The notes under the pieces: model-generated
Told to the model about the DNA's origin: nothing
The model's database searches: none
Seen by the model: only the letters and a program-made list of their open reading frames with translations
Made by a program: the position numbers and the translations under genes
Shown: positions 7,902 through 18,148 of the stretch, piece after piece
Layout: each line of letters begins with the position of its first letter
How positions within the stretch are numbered: the stretch's first letter is position 1
Source of the DNA: Chthonomonadales bacterium
GTDB taxonomy: Bacteria > Armatimonadota > Chthonomonadetes > Chthonomonadales > CAJBBX01
Length of the DNA stretch: 64,000 bases
Direction: 5' to 3'
Assembly: GCA_037443035.1 (NCBI GenBank)
Contig: JBBIPC010000004.1
Location: 1 to 64,000 of the forward strand

Positions 7902-9533
7902 TCATCGGCGACTGGGTCGTGTAACACGAACCTCAACGGAGTTGTCGGACTGACGTCGAAGGGTCACCGTGGAATCCTTGAACCGGTATCGAATCTCATC
8001 CGGCCGGCCCAGAAACCTGCGGAAATGCCGCACAGCCGCACGGGATTGGAAATCGTCCGTTAAGACCAGGCGCCCCTTGCCGAACGAGATGACCTTGACA
8101 CCCTTGTTCCATTCCGCCAGGCCACATGAGGCCGCAAGGGGTCCCCATGCCACACATGTCGCACCCTCACGAACACACCGTCGCACGGCATTGAGGGTTT
8201 CGGTGCTCACGTGCTTGCCGGTCAGAAATAGGAGCGGGACGCCCTCTAGCCTTTCATAGGTAACTTGGTGGTCGAACACTACGACCCCATTGAGAGGCAC
8301 GAAGAACGTGTGATCGAGACAAGCGGGATCGCTCAAGTACGACGGCACCACCTCTCGATGATGACGTTCGTTGGCCGCCGGGTGCTTGACGGATGGTTTG
8401 AACCACGCGATGCCGTCATCGCCGGTTCGCCCCCAGGTCAAGACGTTCCAGAGCCCGAGCCAAGCTGCCGTGTCTCGGTCAGGTTTCAGTCTCGTCGAGC
8501 CGAAAAGGCGGTCGACGCCCCAAGTTTTCTGGCCCACATCCGTATCGTCGAAACGAATGATCGCCATCGTGGGAAGAATGTCGCGGAAGGTCCACGTCCG
8601 AGGGTTCGCCGGCAGGTAGTCCTTACAGAAGCTCTTCAGCATCTCGCCATGGGGCGTGAGCTGGTAGCGTTCATTGTCAGCCTGCGTCATCAGCGAGAAG
8701 GGTATGCCCTGCTTTCCCGCAGGAGCCAGGTTGTAGCCACAGCCCTCGAGATAGACAAGATCCGCACCAAGCCAGTACGCAAGCTTCAGGTTCGAAAGCA
8801 CCTCATCGGGAGGGTGTCCTGGCACGATCTGGAAAAACCACATGTCCACATCCACCCAGAGGTCCTGGTCGTACTCGAGCGCTGCGCCCATACCGACCGC
8901 CAGGCTCACCGTCGAGTAGAACTCCTTGCAGACCTTCGGGCATGGTGTCATCCCCGCACGAGCCGCCGCATGGAGGAGCGATGGCCATACCTCTGTGCAG
9001 ACGACACGCGGCGCCCCTTCCTTCTCTAGACGAGAGCACAGGCGGCGCAGACCTTCGACCGTTCTTGCGTAGGCATCGGCGAGGTTGGTGAAACTCCTTG
9101 GATCGGCCAGCAACGGATCGGGTTCAGGGCCGGTGAACTCCGGGTAGAGAAGCCGGATGTGCGTCAGCTCGTCTAGCAGGACGCCTTCGAAGTTACGGCC
9201 TATCTGCGCAGCTGCCTGGATACTTTCCGCGCGCGGATCCCGGTGATGACCGTCCAGTGTGAAACGTAGGCCAAGGCGGCGGCACAGATCCAGCATGGCG
9301 GAAGTCGTCTGCGCTTCAGGCAGCTCCCACTTTGGTGTCGTCGTGACATAGAACCCTGCATAGCCTATTCCCATGTCTTGCAGGGCACACTCGACAGGCT
9401 TCGGCACCGGTACTTGGGACGGAAGCTCGATTCCCACGACAAAGCCGCCTGGCGACGCTGCGTGCATGCCGCCAAAGGGCCAGACCATCAGCACAGCTGT
9501 CAGCCATCCTACTATGCGGTGGTGTACGTCCAT
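7902..9533 (-). CDS. Secreted hypothetical protein, possible glycosidase-like barrel
   Basis: 543-aa ORF, signal peptide, GVLLDEL motif, RBS present. Confidence 0.6.
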   Translation of the reverse strand: MDVHHRIVGWLTAVLMVWPFGGMHAASPGGFVVGIELPSQVPVPKPVECALQDMGIGYAGFYVTTTPKWELPEAQTTSAMLDLCRRLGLRFTLDGHHRDPRAESIQAAAQIGRNFEGVLLDELTHIRLLYPEFTGPEPDPLLADPRSFTNLADAYARTVEGLRRLCSRLEKEGAPRVVCTEVWPSLLHAAARAGMTPCPKVCKEFYSTVSLAVGMGAALEYDQDLWVDVDMWFFQIVPGHPPDEVLSNLKLAYWLGADLVYLEGCGYNLAPAGKQGIPFSLMTQADNERYQLTPHGEMLKSFCKDYLPANPRTWTFRDILPTMAIIRFDDTDVGQKTWGVDRLFGSTRLKPDRDTAAWLGLWNVLTWGRTGDDGIAWFKPSVKHPAANERHHREVVPSYLSDPACLDHTFFVPLNGVVVFDHQVTYERLEGVPLLFLTGKHVSTETLNAVRRCVREGATCVAWGPLAASCGLAEWNKGVKVISFGKGRLVLTDDFQSRAAVRHFRRFLGRPDEIRYRFKDSTVTLRRQSDNSVEVRVTRPSRR

Positions 9534-9603
9534 GTTCCGCTCCCGAGGATCCTCCTCAAATCACGCTCAGAGTGCACTCGGTACTGCTAGAGAGGCACAG
9601 CCT

Positions 9604-11169
9604 CTACGGCGGTTCGGGAGGACGCGGTTGGCTCTCGACAAAGCGGGTCCATAGGTCCAAACGTACCCACACCTGCGCGACGACGTGAGGACGCAAGCCT
9701 ATGTAGCCGTTCATCAGGTGCGTGGCATCCAACCGCTTCGTCAGTTCCTCATCGAACTCAGGAGACGCGAAGATGAGCGGCGCGTCGGCGTCCTGCGGTA
9801 CTCCCTGCCAGTACCCGACATTGCGGAAGCGGCGAAGATACCACGGAATGGGCCAATAGTATTCATCTTTCCAGAAAACTTTCACCACCATCCGATAACC
9901 GTCCGGATGCACTTGCGCAAGAGACTCAGCGCGCCTCCGAAACTCCTCAGCGTCGGGTACAGTTTGTGCATACACGAACGGATTACGAGGGTCCGTCTGA
10001 AAACGGAAACTCGTCTGCCACGCGAGCCAACCCATGTGTGCGAGACCCGCAACCATGACGACTGCGGCAGTGGCGCGTCTCCACCAAAGTCGCTGCGCGT
10101 CCAGCAGCCACGCGGCACCTACTCCCGCCAACACGACTGCGCCGAGGAGTGCACTGAGCACGCACCATGGTGTCTTGTAGGGCACGGCGCTATAGATGAC
10201 CAAGAGACTGGCACTGAATGCCGCTAGGCGCCGTGCGAGGACGGACGCCGCGTCCCTGGATCGGAACGCTACGACAGCACCCACCAGTGCCAGTGCCAAT
10301 GTGAATCCATCCGTCCAGATCGGACTGCCTGCGCCCTGTCGGTGCCACAAGAGCAGGGATACGTAATACGTCCACGGATGGCTGTGGATATCCGTACCAT
10401 GGGCCCGGTAGAACCAGGGTCGGAACGATGCAACATAACTTGGAACAGCCGCCCAGTTGCGACCCATACCTGTCAGGAGGAGGGTCGCGATGGCCAGAGC
10501 CACAGCGGCGCCGCCCAGAGCCTCTCGCAGCCTACTCGGACGACCGGGCTCTGGCCCTCCGGCGAGGGCCCCTGGCTCGTGCAACCGGAACAGCCATGAC
10601 GCAAGCGCCCACGCACCGAGACTCAGTACGGCCGTCTCCTTGGTGGCCAGCATGAGTCCGGCTGCGCCGCCACAGGCAAGTGCCCACGCCGTACACCGCG
10701 TCCTTGCCGCCTGCCACCAACAGAGTATCATCGTTGCCGTGAACAGGACAAGGAGCGTCTCCTGAATGAAGTAGCGGCTGTAGAAGACGAACGCTGGGGA
10801 GAGCGCCATGACAGCGGAAGCTAACACTGCGCCTCGCCGGCCATAGGCACTAGCTAGCAGACCGCATACAATCACGAGAAGGGCACCTGCCAGAGATACG
10901 GCCCCACGGCAGTCGGCCTCTGTCAGGTCGCCGAAGGCTCTCACATGCTGCGCAGCGAGAATGGGCAGAGCTGCATAGTACAGGGTGGGACCATGGAACT
11001 CATTCGGGTCATAGCGGTAGCGGCCGTGCTCGTACAGATCCCACAGCTTGAAAGCATGCACCGATTCATCGGCGTGAAAAGGACGGTTGCCGAGGTCCCA
11101 CGCTCTCAGAAATAAAGCGGCGCCGGTGATCAGCACCAGCGCCGCCCAGAAGCCCGTCTTCCGGTTCAT
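9604..11169 (-). CDS. GT-C/PMT-like membrane glycosyltransferase (TIGR03663/Agl23-like family)
   Basis: RPFHADESVHA, YRYDPNEFHGP, SPAFVFYSRYFIQE, ATKE, YKTPW, YWPIPWYLR; many TM helices. Confidence 0.8.
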   Translation of the reverse strand: MNRKTGFWAALVLITGAALFLRAWDLGNRPFHADESVHAFKLWDLYEHGRYRYDPNEFHGPTLYYAALPILAAQHVRAFGDLTEADCRGAVSLAGALLVIVCGLLASAYGRRGAVLASAVMALSPAFVFYSRYFIQETLLVLFTATMILCWWQAARTRCTAWALACGGAAGLMLATKETAVLSLGAWALASWLFRLHEPGALAGGPEPGRPSRLREALGGAAVALAIATLLLTGMGRNWAAVPSYVASFRPWFYRAHGTDIHSHPWTYYVSLLLWHRQGAGSPIWTDGFTLALALVGAVVAFRSRDAASVLARRLAAFSASLLVIYSAVPYKTPWCVLSALLGAVVLAGVGAAWLLDAQRLWWRRATAAVVMVAGLAHMGWLAWQTSFRFQTDPRNPFVYAQTVPDAEEFRRRAESLAQVHPDGYRMVVKVFWKDEYYWPIPWYLRRFRNVGYWQGVPQDADAPLIFASPEFDEELTKRLDATHLMNGYIGLRPHVVAQVWVRLDLWTRFVESQPRPPEPP

Positions 11170-11849
11170 CGGCCGGGCAGCCCGTAGACCTCCACTTCCG
11201 TATAGCGATTCAACGGATCGTTGTATGTGCTGCCGCGGCTGTACAGCCGTACGTACCTAGCCTTGACTCCCTTGGCGTCAACGAGCTTGCCCTCGCTGGT
11301 CTCGAAGTACTCCCGATCTTTGCCGATTCCCAGACCTGCGGAGTTGTCTTGGTCATTGTTGAAGAGCGTCGTCACACCTTCGATGAAGTCGGGATCATCG
11401 GATACCTGCACAACGACGTCGTGGAAGACCACCGGCTCCATGTGGAAGTGCCAGAACACGATGTAGAACAGCTTGCAGGACTCCCCTAGGTCAATCTGCA
11501 CCCACTGGAGCCGCGGCGGCAATTCCAGAGCGGTACCCTCCCGGGCCTCCTTGTTGCCATCCGTCACCAGCTCCAATGAACCCGAGAAAGGCGCCTTGCT
11601 CGCCGTAACCTTCTTCTTCAAGGCCAAATTCACCGTTCCCTTCGGCACCTGCGGTATGGGCCTCGGCTTCCCCGACGGCTTCTCCACGGTCGTACCAGGC
11701 GGTATATCCTTCGGCGTTCCGGCAAAGACCGGCCGCGGCAGCTTCAATGGCAGCGGGATCATCTCCTGGTCCTGCGCCACAGCCGCGATACTGCCACACG
11801 CAAACACAAGCCCCAGCAGGCTTGCCCTCACACGACAGTTCCTGAACAT
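11166..11849 (-). CDS. Secreted discoidin (F5/8 type C)-like domain protein
   Basis: Signal peptide, NLALKKKVTAS, WVQIDLG, ARYVRLY, EVEVYG; stop overlaps start of the next gene. Confidence 0.8.
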   Translation of the reverse strand: MFRNCRVRASLLGLVFACGSIAAVAQDQEMIPLPLKLPRPVFAGTPKDIPPGTTVEKPSGKPRPIPQVPKGTVNLALKKKVTASKAPFSGSLELVTDGNKEAREGTALELPPRLQWVQIDLGESCKLFYIVFWHFHMEPVVFHDVVVQVSDDPDFIEGVTTLFNNDQDNSAGLGIGKDREYFETSEGKLVDAKGVKARYVRLYSRGSTYNDPLNRYTEVEVYGLPGR

Positions 11850-12045
11850 AACGTACTCCTCGAAGCTCCTGCTTCACCACGAACTCATGGGTAGTCCAGA
11901 GGATTCCCTAGTGTTTTACCCCAGATGCCAAGTCCGTCAGTATCGAACTTCTCCCTGGTTCCCCATTTTGCACGGCCCGGAGGCCCTTCTTGGTGACCGA
12001 CCGAAGGCCGACGGAATCCCGACGTGATTTGGCGTACAATAGCAT

Positions 12046-12324
12046 GGTGATCGTGCTAGATGGGGAGCTAGCGGTGCCCTGCACCTGCAATCCGCTACAG
12101 CAGGGTCGAAGTGGCTGCCCTCGGGGCGCGCCGCGTCAGAACGGGGAATCGGGTGGCGACGTGGATGGCTGGGTTCCGCGCATCGGCAAGCATCTGAACC
12201 GTGTCAGGGCCGGAAGGCAGCAGCACTAAGGATGACTTCCCGAGTGCCGCGTGATTACCTGGCCAGAGTCGCTGGCCTGACTCCTGCTGACTGCGTCGCC
12301 ACAAAGGCGGCCCGCACGATCACC
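12046..12324 (+). ncRNA. ffs: Large (Bacillus-type, Alu-domain) SRP RNA
   Basis: 5' Alu-like CGTGCTAGATGGGGAGCTAGCGGTGCCCTGCACCTGCAATCCGCTACAGCAGGG; domain IV TCAGGGCC-GGAA-GGCAGCAGC; 13-bp closing stem 12044-12056/12314-12326; TACAAT -10 at 12035-12040; upstream of dnaX. Confidence 0.93.
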
Positions 12325-12360
12325 ATCGCTCGATAGCGTCCGCCTGACCGACGAGGAGCA

Positions 12361-14010
12361 ATGCAGTTGGGTTACGTATCCCTCTATCGCAAGTATCGTT
12401 CCCAGAGCTTCGCCGAACTTCTGGGCCAGGAGCATATCACCGCGGTCCTGAGGAACTCCATCGCTCAGAAGCGGATCGCACACGCGTATCTCTTCTGTGG
12501 CCCTCGAGGCTGCGGCAAGACAAGTACGGCGCGACTCCTCGCCAAGGCACTGAACTGCACTGCGGCGGACGAACCTACCCCGGACCCATGTGGAGAGTGC
12601 TCCATGTGCCTCGCTATTCGCGACGGCCAGGCCATGGACGTGGTAGAGATGGACGCCGCTTCCGAAACGGGGATCGATGACGTTCGAGAGAAGATCATCG
12701 AGAACGCACACTACGCCCCTGTGCAGGCACGCTACAAGGTCTACATTATTGACGAAGTGCATGACCTCTCGCAAAAAGCCTTCGACTCCCTGCTCAAGAC
12801 CATCGAGGAACCTCCCGCGCATGTTGTATTCGTGCTCGCCACAACCGAGGCACACAAGGTGCCGGTCACCATACGTTCCCGCTGCCAGCGCATGGACTTC
12901 CGGCGAGGGTCACTGGCTGATCTTCATGCCAACCTCGAGCGCGTGGCGCAAGCAGAGGGCGTGGAGTACGACGCCGAAGCGCTCTTTCTCATCGCCCGCG
13001 CGGCCGAAGGGTCATTTCGTGACTCGTTGAGCCTGCTCGAGCAGGTCCTGGCGGTGGGCGGAACGCGTATCACGGCCGATACTGTGCGCACCGCTATCGG
13101 AGCGGTTACCGCCGACATGCTGGATGCGGTGGTGACCGCGGTTCATGCCAAGGATATGCGTGGCGTGCTCGATGCTGCCGCCCAGCTTATCGCTTCCGGG
13201 ACCGATGTGCGGCAAGCGGTGATCGCCCTTCAGGAGCATCTGCGCGATCTGCTCGTGCTAACGTACACGGGTTCCGCTGAGGCTCTGGGGGGCGTGCCCG
13301 CTGAACGGGTCGAGATCATGCAGGAGCAGAGCAGGTGGTTCCGACCGCAGCAGATGCTCGCCATGTTAGGCGTCCTAGCGGAGGCGGAGCGGGACCTGCG
13401 CTACACGAACCAGCATCGCCTGGTCATGGAACGCGCTCTGTGGAGGCTTGTCGTGGCCACAGACCGCGCCGCATCCGTGGAGGCGCCGCGAACCGTAGCA
13501 GACCGGGCACCCACTGCATCCACGCCTGTGTCGTCGTCTCGGCCGACCGTTCCGCCTGTCTCCCAAGCCGAACACCCTGATGAGTCCGTTGTGCAAGCCG
13601 AGGGCAGAGACGACGTAACCCTCGAAATCCTACAGCGCATCTGGCCGCGCGTGCGACAGCGGGTCATACAAAGGGCGCCTTCCGCGGCAACGGTGCTTAC
13701 GGACAACGTGGTAGTAGCCGAGCTCAGTGGCAAGACGATGACCTTGCAGTTTCCCAGTGCTTTTCTCAGAGATCGCGCAGATCGTCCGGCATCACGCGAA
13801 ATCATCGAGAAGGCGCTGCAGGAGATACTGGGTATTGGCGGGTACCGTGTCCGGTGCGCACTCAAGCCCACGGAATCAAGGCAGGACGCGACGCTCGCGT
13901 CCAGCTCCGGGAGCAGCGTACGTCCGGCCGTTCTGCCGCTGCTCGAAGAGGTTGCACGAGTCCTGGATGGCGAAGTGGTCGATACCAAGGGCATCGAGGA
14001 AGAGTCTTGA
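12361..14010 (+). CDS. dnaX: DNA polymerase III subunit gamma/tau
   Basis: LYRKYRSQSF, GPRGCGKTS, CGECSMC, IIDEVH, SRC. Confidence 0.97.
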   Translation: MQLGYVSLYRKYRSQSFAELLGQEHITAVLRNSIAQKRIAHAYLFCGPRGCGKTSTARLLAKALNCTAADEPTPDPCGECSMCLAIRDGQAMDVVEMDAASETGIDDVREKIIENAHYAPVQARYKVYIIDEVHDLSQKAFDSLLKTIEEPPAHVVFVLATTEAHKVPVTIRSRCQRMDFRRGSLADLHANLERVAQAEGVEYDAEALFLIARAAEGSFRDSLSLLEQVLAVGGTRITADTVRTAIGAVTADMLDAVVTAVHAKDMRGVLDAAAQLIASGTDVRQAVIALQEHLRDLLVLTYTGSAEALGGVPAERVEIMQEQSRWFRPQQMLAMLGVLAEAERDLRYTNQHRLVMERALWRLVVATDRAASVEAPRTVADRAPTASTPVSSSRPTVPPVSQAEHPDESVVQAEGRDDVTLEILQRIWPRVRQRVIQRAPSAATVLTDNVVVAELSGKTMTLQFPSAFLRDRADRPASREIIEKALQEILGIGGYRVRCALKPTESRQDATLASSSGSSVRPAVLPLLEEVARVLDGEVVDTKGIEEES

Positions 14011-14032
14011 CAGCGTATAGGAGAGGAACAGC

Positions 14033-14386
14033 ATGACACCAGGCTTTGGTGGACGCAATCCATTTGGCGGACTCGGGGATCTGAACCGCCTCATGAAGCA
14101 AGCTCAGAAGATCCAACAGGACCTCCAGACCGCACAGCAGGAACTGGAGGAGGCACGGATCGAGGCTTCGTCTGGCGGCGGCGTAGTGAGCGCGACTGTC
14201 AACGGTAAGGGTCAGTTGATAAGCATCGTGATCAAGCCAGAAGTTGTGGACCCAGACGACGTGGAAATGCTCCAGGATCTCGTGGTGACGGCAGTCCGGG
14301 AGGCGCAGGCACGAGCCCAAGATGAGGCCCAACAGCGCATGCAAGAGATCACTGGCGGCGCGGGCATGCCACCAGGACTGTTCTAG
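14033..14386 (+). CDS. ybaB: YbaB/EbfC nucleoid-associated protein
   Basis: MKQAQKIQ, SGGGVV, DVEMLQDLV; follows dnaX. Confidence 0.95.
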   Translation: MTPGFGGRNPFGGLGDLNRLMKQAQKIQQDLQTAQQELEEARIEASSGGGVVSATVNGKGQLISIVIKPEVVDPDDVEMLQDLVVTAVREAQARAQDEAQQRMQEITGGAGMPPGLF

Positions 14387-14388
14387 AA

Positions 14389-14427
14389 GAGGCACCACGG
14401 AGAGTGTGCCGGCACTCGCAGTGCCTC
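14389..14427. terminator. Hairpin between convergent genes
   Basis: GAGGCAC..GAGTG/CACTC..GTGCCTC nested inverted repeat just after the ybaB stop; no U-tract. Confidence 0.35.
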
Positions 14428-14485
14428 CAATCGGTGGATGGTGATCCGCTGCCTTGTGTCCGGCACCGCCCTGGCATCCGCTGGG

Positions 14486-16486
14486 TCAGTGCGCTATCAA
14501 CCCGTGATACCTCCCCATCCAGTAAGCGAGCAGCCACGCGCCTCCGTCATCCTCTGACACGCCGTTACCTTGTCCGTCCGGTTCGAAGGGGTTGCCGTTC
14601 CATCGCATGACCCGCAACTCGCTGTAAGGCAGGACACGGGTCAGGAGCGCTCCTCGTCTACCTGGCACGGGTTTCAGTTCGACGTCATGCCGGTGGCTGT
14701 TGCGGATGCTCCAGTGCACTAGTTCCCACGGCCAGTCTTGGAGGCATTCTACTGCCGCGTCCAGGCGTGCTGGCTCGCCCGTCAGTGCAGCGTACTCCAC
14801 GTTGTACCAGGCCCGGTCCTCATGCTGCAACCCTTTCCAGGTAGTCGCCAAGCTCGCCAGAAGTATTGCCCTGCGCTCGGGTACTTGCTCGAGCCTCAAC
14901 AGCGGATAGTAGACGCAGTACGCGAGCTCGTCGTCCGAGTAGTTGACGGCGTACCATGGTGCCTGCCGGCGATAGAGTAGTGTGTTGATGAGGTAGTGAT
15001 GCTTGGCGATCAGCTCCTCGTAGGCGCTGGCGAACCGCTCGTCGCCGCAGATGTGATGCGCGACCTTGAGATACGCCAGCAGCTCCAGCGAGTTCAACCC
15101 ACGCTCTTCCACCCAGAGCGGATCTTCGTTGAGCCACTGAGGACCGAACACGCCCCATCGCGTCTTGCGGCCCGTGTGACCTACCAACGTGAAGTCATGT
15201 TGGAGGAGGTTGTCCGTCACCGCCCGGCAGATGCGAGCGATCTCCTTCTTCTCGGATTCATCCGCCACCAGCTCGTGATACACGTACCACGCAAAGTAGT
15301 GGCCATCGAGCTCGTCGGAGGATGTATCACCCTTGCAAAGGACCCCCGGATGAGTCGGTGATTCGTACCAGATCTTGTCGGTCTCACCTGGCACACGCAC
15401 TGTCTCGTCCGGATCATAGCCTGAGACCTTCTCACCCCTGCGGATTATGGCTCGAGCCGGAAAGCCGGGGTAGCCACTGAGTCGCACGAGATCCAACAAT
15501 GCATTCATGCTGCGCCGAGCATTGCGCCGGGCCTCGTCCGACCTCTCCACGGCGTAGCGAAACGACTCCGCTGCCACGTAGATGGCCGTCCACAAGCCAT
15601 CGTTGTCGCTGGCGTCGTGAACGTGGCCTTTCTCCGGCTGGCCAGCAGCGACCAAGTCGCATCCCGCGATCCATCCGTCCCGGCAGTGTCGCTTCTGCGT
15701 GATATCCTCGAAGTGAGCTGCCTTTTCGGGCAGTGTCATCGGCACCTCTCGGATAACGCCCACTCCCTCGTCCGTTGCCAACCAGACACGCCCTTCGCCG
15801 TCCGATGCGATATCCAGGACGCGGTTGCCGGGCAGCCAGCGCTTGCCCCAGAAGTACCGCCACCGACCGTTCCGCAGGCGCCATGCCCCTTGATCCGTAC
15901 CTCCCCACACGTCTCCCTTACGAGTTACGTGCAGGCAGTTGAGCACGACATACGGCATGCCATCCCGCTGGTCCAGCGGATGCCACCACTCCGCACCATC
16001 GGTGAGGTACGCTCCTCTATCCGTCGCCAACCACACATGACCACTAGTGCCCGCCACCACTTGACGCACAGTCAGGTCTATGTCTGGCATGACCTGATGG
16101 GCAACGTAATGCCGTGGTATCTCCAGGGGCGACCAGCGGCCCTCTTTGCCTCGAAATGCACCTTTGGCTGTGGTGATCCACCACTCGCCGGTCCCCGTCC
16201 GTGCCGCGGACAAGATTCGGTCACCCTGAGGCCCATGCAAAGAGGTGGCTGGATCGCGTGGGGGTATCCTTTCGCCGCTACGGGCTTCACGCCACCGGTC
16301 ACCATCGAGTACGAAAACGCGATCGCCAACCCACACCGCCACGTTCGTCCCTTCGCACCGCACTGCATTCACAGGTCCTTGTGGCAGTCCGTGTTCTGCC
16401 ATATACCGCGTGGCCATGAACTGCAGATACTGGCCAGTCCGGGCCGAGGGCAGCGCCGGAGGAGCTTGGAGACCTAGAACAATCAT
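14486..16486 (-). CDS. Hypothetical protein: N-terminal beta-propeller repeats plus C-terminal helical (possible alpha/alpha barrel) domain
   Basis: Repeated VWLATDxG-type motifs; DNDGLWTAIY, KGDTSSDELDGHYF, YWMGRYHG. Confidence 0.7.
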   Translation of the reverse strand: MIVLGLQAPPALPSARTGQYLQFMATRYMAEHGLPQGPVNAVRCEGTNVAVWVGDRVFVLDGDRWREARSGERIPPRDPATSLHGPQGDRILSAARTGTGEWWITTAKGAFRGKEGRWSPLEIPRHYVAHQVMPDIDLTVRQVVAGTSGHVWLATDRGAYLTDGAEWWHPLDQRDGMPYVVLNCLHVTRKGDVWGGTDQGAWRLRNGRWRYFWGKRWLPGNRVLDIASDGEGRVWLATDEGVGVIREVPMTLPEKAAHFEDITQKRHCRDGWIAGCDLVAAGQPEKGHVHDASDNDGLWTAIYVAAESFRYAVERSDEARRNARRSMNALLDLVRLSGYPGFPARAIIRRGEKVSGYDPDETVRVPGETDKIWYESPTHPGVLCKGDTSSDELDGHYFAWYVYHELVADESEKKEIARICRAVTDNLLQHDFTLVGHTGRKTRWGVFGPQWLNEDPLWVEERGLNSLELLAYLKVAHHICGDERFASAYEELIAKHHYLINTLLYRRQAPWYAVNYSDDELAYCVYYPLLRLEQVPERRAILLASLATTWKGLQHEDRAWYNVEYAALTGEPARLDAAVECLQDWPWELVHWSIRNSHRHDVELKPVPGRRGALLTRVLPYSELRVMRWNGNPFEPDGQGNGVSEDDGGAWLLAYWMGRYHGLIAH

Positions 16487-17226
16487 GGTTGCCCCCTACT
16501 ACAGGATGATGACGACTTCGACGTGGATGCGTACCGCGGACGGATAGCATATGGAATGGGATCCTCGACCCCAGCTTCCTGGAAACCCCGCAATCGCAAC
16601 GCGCAAGAGTCGCAGACACCACATGCAACGTCGGTACTCGAGTAACACGACCAAGTCACATGAAGAGGAGCGTTCAAGTCGCGCCCAAGCCGCACAATCT
16701 GGGATTTCGTAAGAGAGATGAGCGGTGTCTCCACGATAAGCGGTCCACGAGCGGATGCTACCTCCAGGAGTGCGTTGAACGCTCGGTAGTACGCCGGTGT
16801 ACAGTCGGGATAGCCACTGGAATCCTCGTGAACAGCACCGATGACGATACGCTGGGCGCCCACCACTTCCGCCCAGCTCGCCGCGATGGCAAGTAGGTGC
16901 GTGTTGCGGAATGGCACGTACGAGTTCGGAATACCCTGGCGCTCGAGGTCAGCCCGTTCGACTTCGATCGTTGGATCGGTCAGCGAGGACCCACCGATCC
17001 GTGCCAAGTACTCCACGGAAACCGCGAGTTGTCGTTCGGGCGGCACCGAGTAGTATGCCGCTATGTCGGTGAACGCCTTTGCTTCTCGTTGCTCGGTCCG
17101 TTGGCCGTAGCTCACGTGTAGCAGGCGAAGACGATAGCCCTCGTTCGCAGCCCAGGCGGTCGAGACACAGCTGTCCAACCCGCCCGATACGAGAACGATG
17201 GCATCGTTTCCACTCTTGGCGCTCAT
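16483..17226 (-). CDS. queC: 7-cyano-7-deazaguanine synthase
   Basis: [36 protein letters not shown] overlap with queE. Confidence 0.96.
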   Translation of the reverse strand: MSAKSGNDAIVLVSGGLDSCVSTAWAANEGYRLRLLHVSYGQRTEQREAKAFTDIAAYYSVPPERQLAVSVEYLARIGGSSLTDPTIEVERADLERQGIPNSYVPFRNTHLLAIAASWAEVVGAQRIVIGAVHEDSSGYPDCTPAYYRAFNALLEVASARGPLIVETPLISLTKSQIVRLGRDLNAPLHVTWSCYSSTDVACGVCDSCALRLRGFQEAGVEDPIPYAIRPRYASTSKSSSSCSRGQP

Positions 17227-18032
17227 GTGACGTTCAACACCTTGTGGCACTGCGGAATGATCCGAACATCTCGGTGATATGCAAGCGCCGCCGACTGAAG
17301 GCGGAACAATTCATCAACAGATGGTGCGGAATCTTCGGAGGTCTGCGGGTTTACGGGCTGCAGCACCAGGGCGGTCCCCGGCGCCACGTCTCGTACGATT
17401 TGCGCACAGCGAATCACCTCTTCTTCGGTTGTCTCCGCCGTCACGACTGCCTTAGCACAAACGGCAATGCCATGCGCAGCACAGATCTCGAGAAACTGCC
17501 GATGCTCTGCCCAGAAGGGCCGTTCACCTGTGGCAGAAGGCAGCTTGAAGTCCATGGCACAGTAGTCTACCGAAGCCGCAACGCTTCTGAGCCTGTCCGG
17601 GAGGTGGCCTGCGGTCTCCAAGTATATGGCCATGCCTTTCTCGCGCAGATGTGGTAGCCACTCACGCAGGAATCGGTCCTGGAGCAAGGGTTCCCCACCC
17701 GTCACAGCTACGGAGTGAATCGGAGAGTCCCCGGCTGCCGCCAGCACCGTAGACGTCAGTACGGTGTGGTCTACTGGATTGGGGAGGGTGTTCAAGACTC
17801 GTACCCCTGTCCCGTCGAGCACCTGACAGGTCGCGATGAGGCGCCGCGAGCGCTGGCTATCGCAGTAGCGGCAGTCGAGATTGCAGCCAGAGAATCGCAC
17901 GAACACCTGGCGCACGCCAAGCCATGGTCCCTCGCCCTGCACACTGAGGAAGATCTCGTCGAGATATGCGCTGGCCTTACGAGCCGACCTCTTCTCGGAA
18001 CCATCGAGTGTTGTTGTGGACCCAACGTCCAT
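17223..18032 (-). CDS. queE: 7-carboxy-7-deazaguanine synthase (radical SAM)
   Basis: [37 protein letters not shown]. Confidence 0.93.
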   Translation of the reverse strand: MDVGSTTTLDGSEKRSARKASAYLDEIFLSVQGEGPWLGVRQVFVRFSGCNLDCRYCDSQRSRRLIATCQVLDGTGVRVLNTLPNPVDHTVLTSTVLAAAGDSPIHSVAVTGGEPLLQDRFLREWLPHLREKGMAIYLETAGHLPDRLRSVAASVDYCAMDFKLPSATGERPFWAEHRQFLEICAAHGIAVCAKAVVTAETTEEEVIRCAQIVRDVAPGTALVLQPVNPQTSEDSAPSVDELFRLQSAALAYHRDVRIIPQCHKVLNVT

Positions 18033-18042
18033 GTGCTATAAT
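18014..18042 (+). promoter_or_regulatory. nusA promoter with extended -10, overlapping the queE start
   Basis: TTGTGG-17 bp-TATAAT with TGc immediately upstream of the -10. Confidence 0.65.
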
Positions 18043-18148
18043 AGCCCAACTCTACCGAGCCGAGTGCGGGAGTTCATACTGTCACTCGAGGGTTGTCTCT
18101 GTGGCCGCCTGAACAGGGCGGCTTCGGTTTTGTCTAGGAGGTCGGTCT

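Noticed and set aside
12361..14010. Programmed -1 frameshift in dnaX
   Set aside because: No A-AAA-AAG or long A-run seen in the linker region
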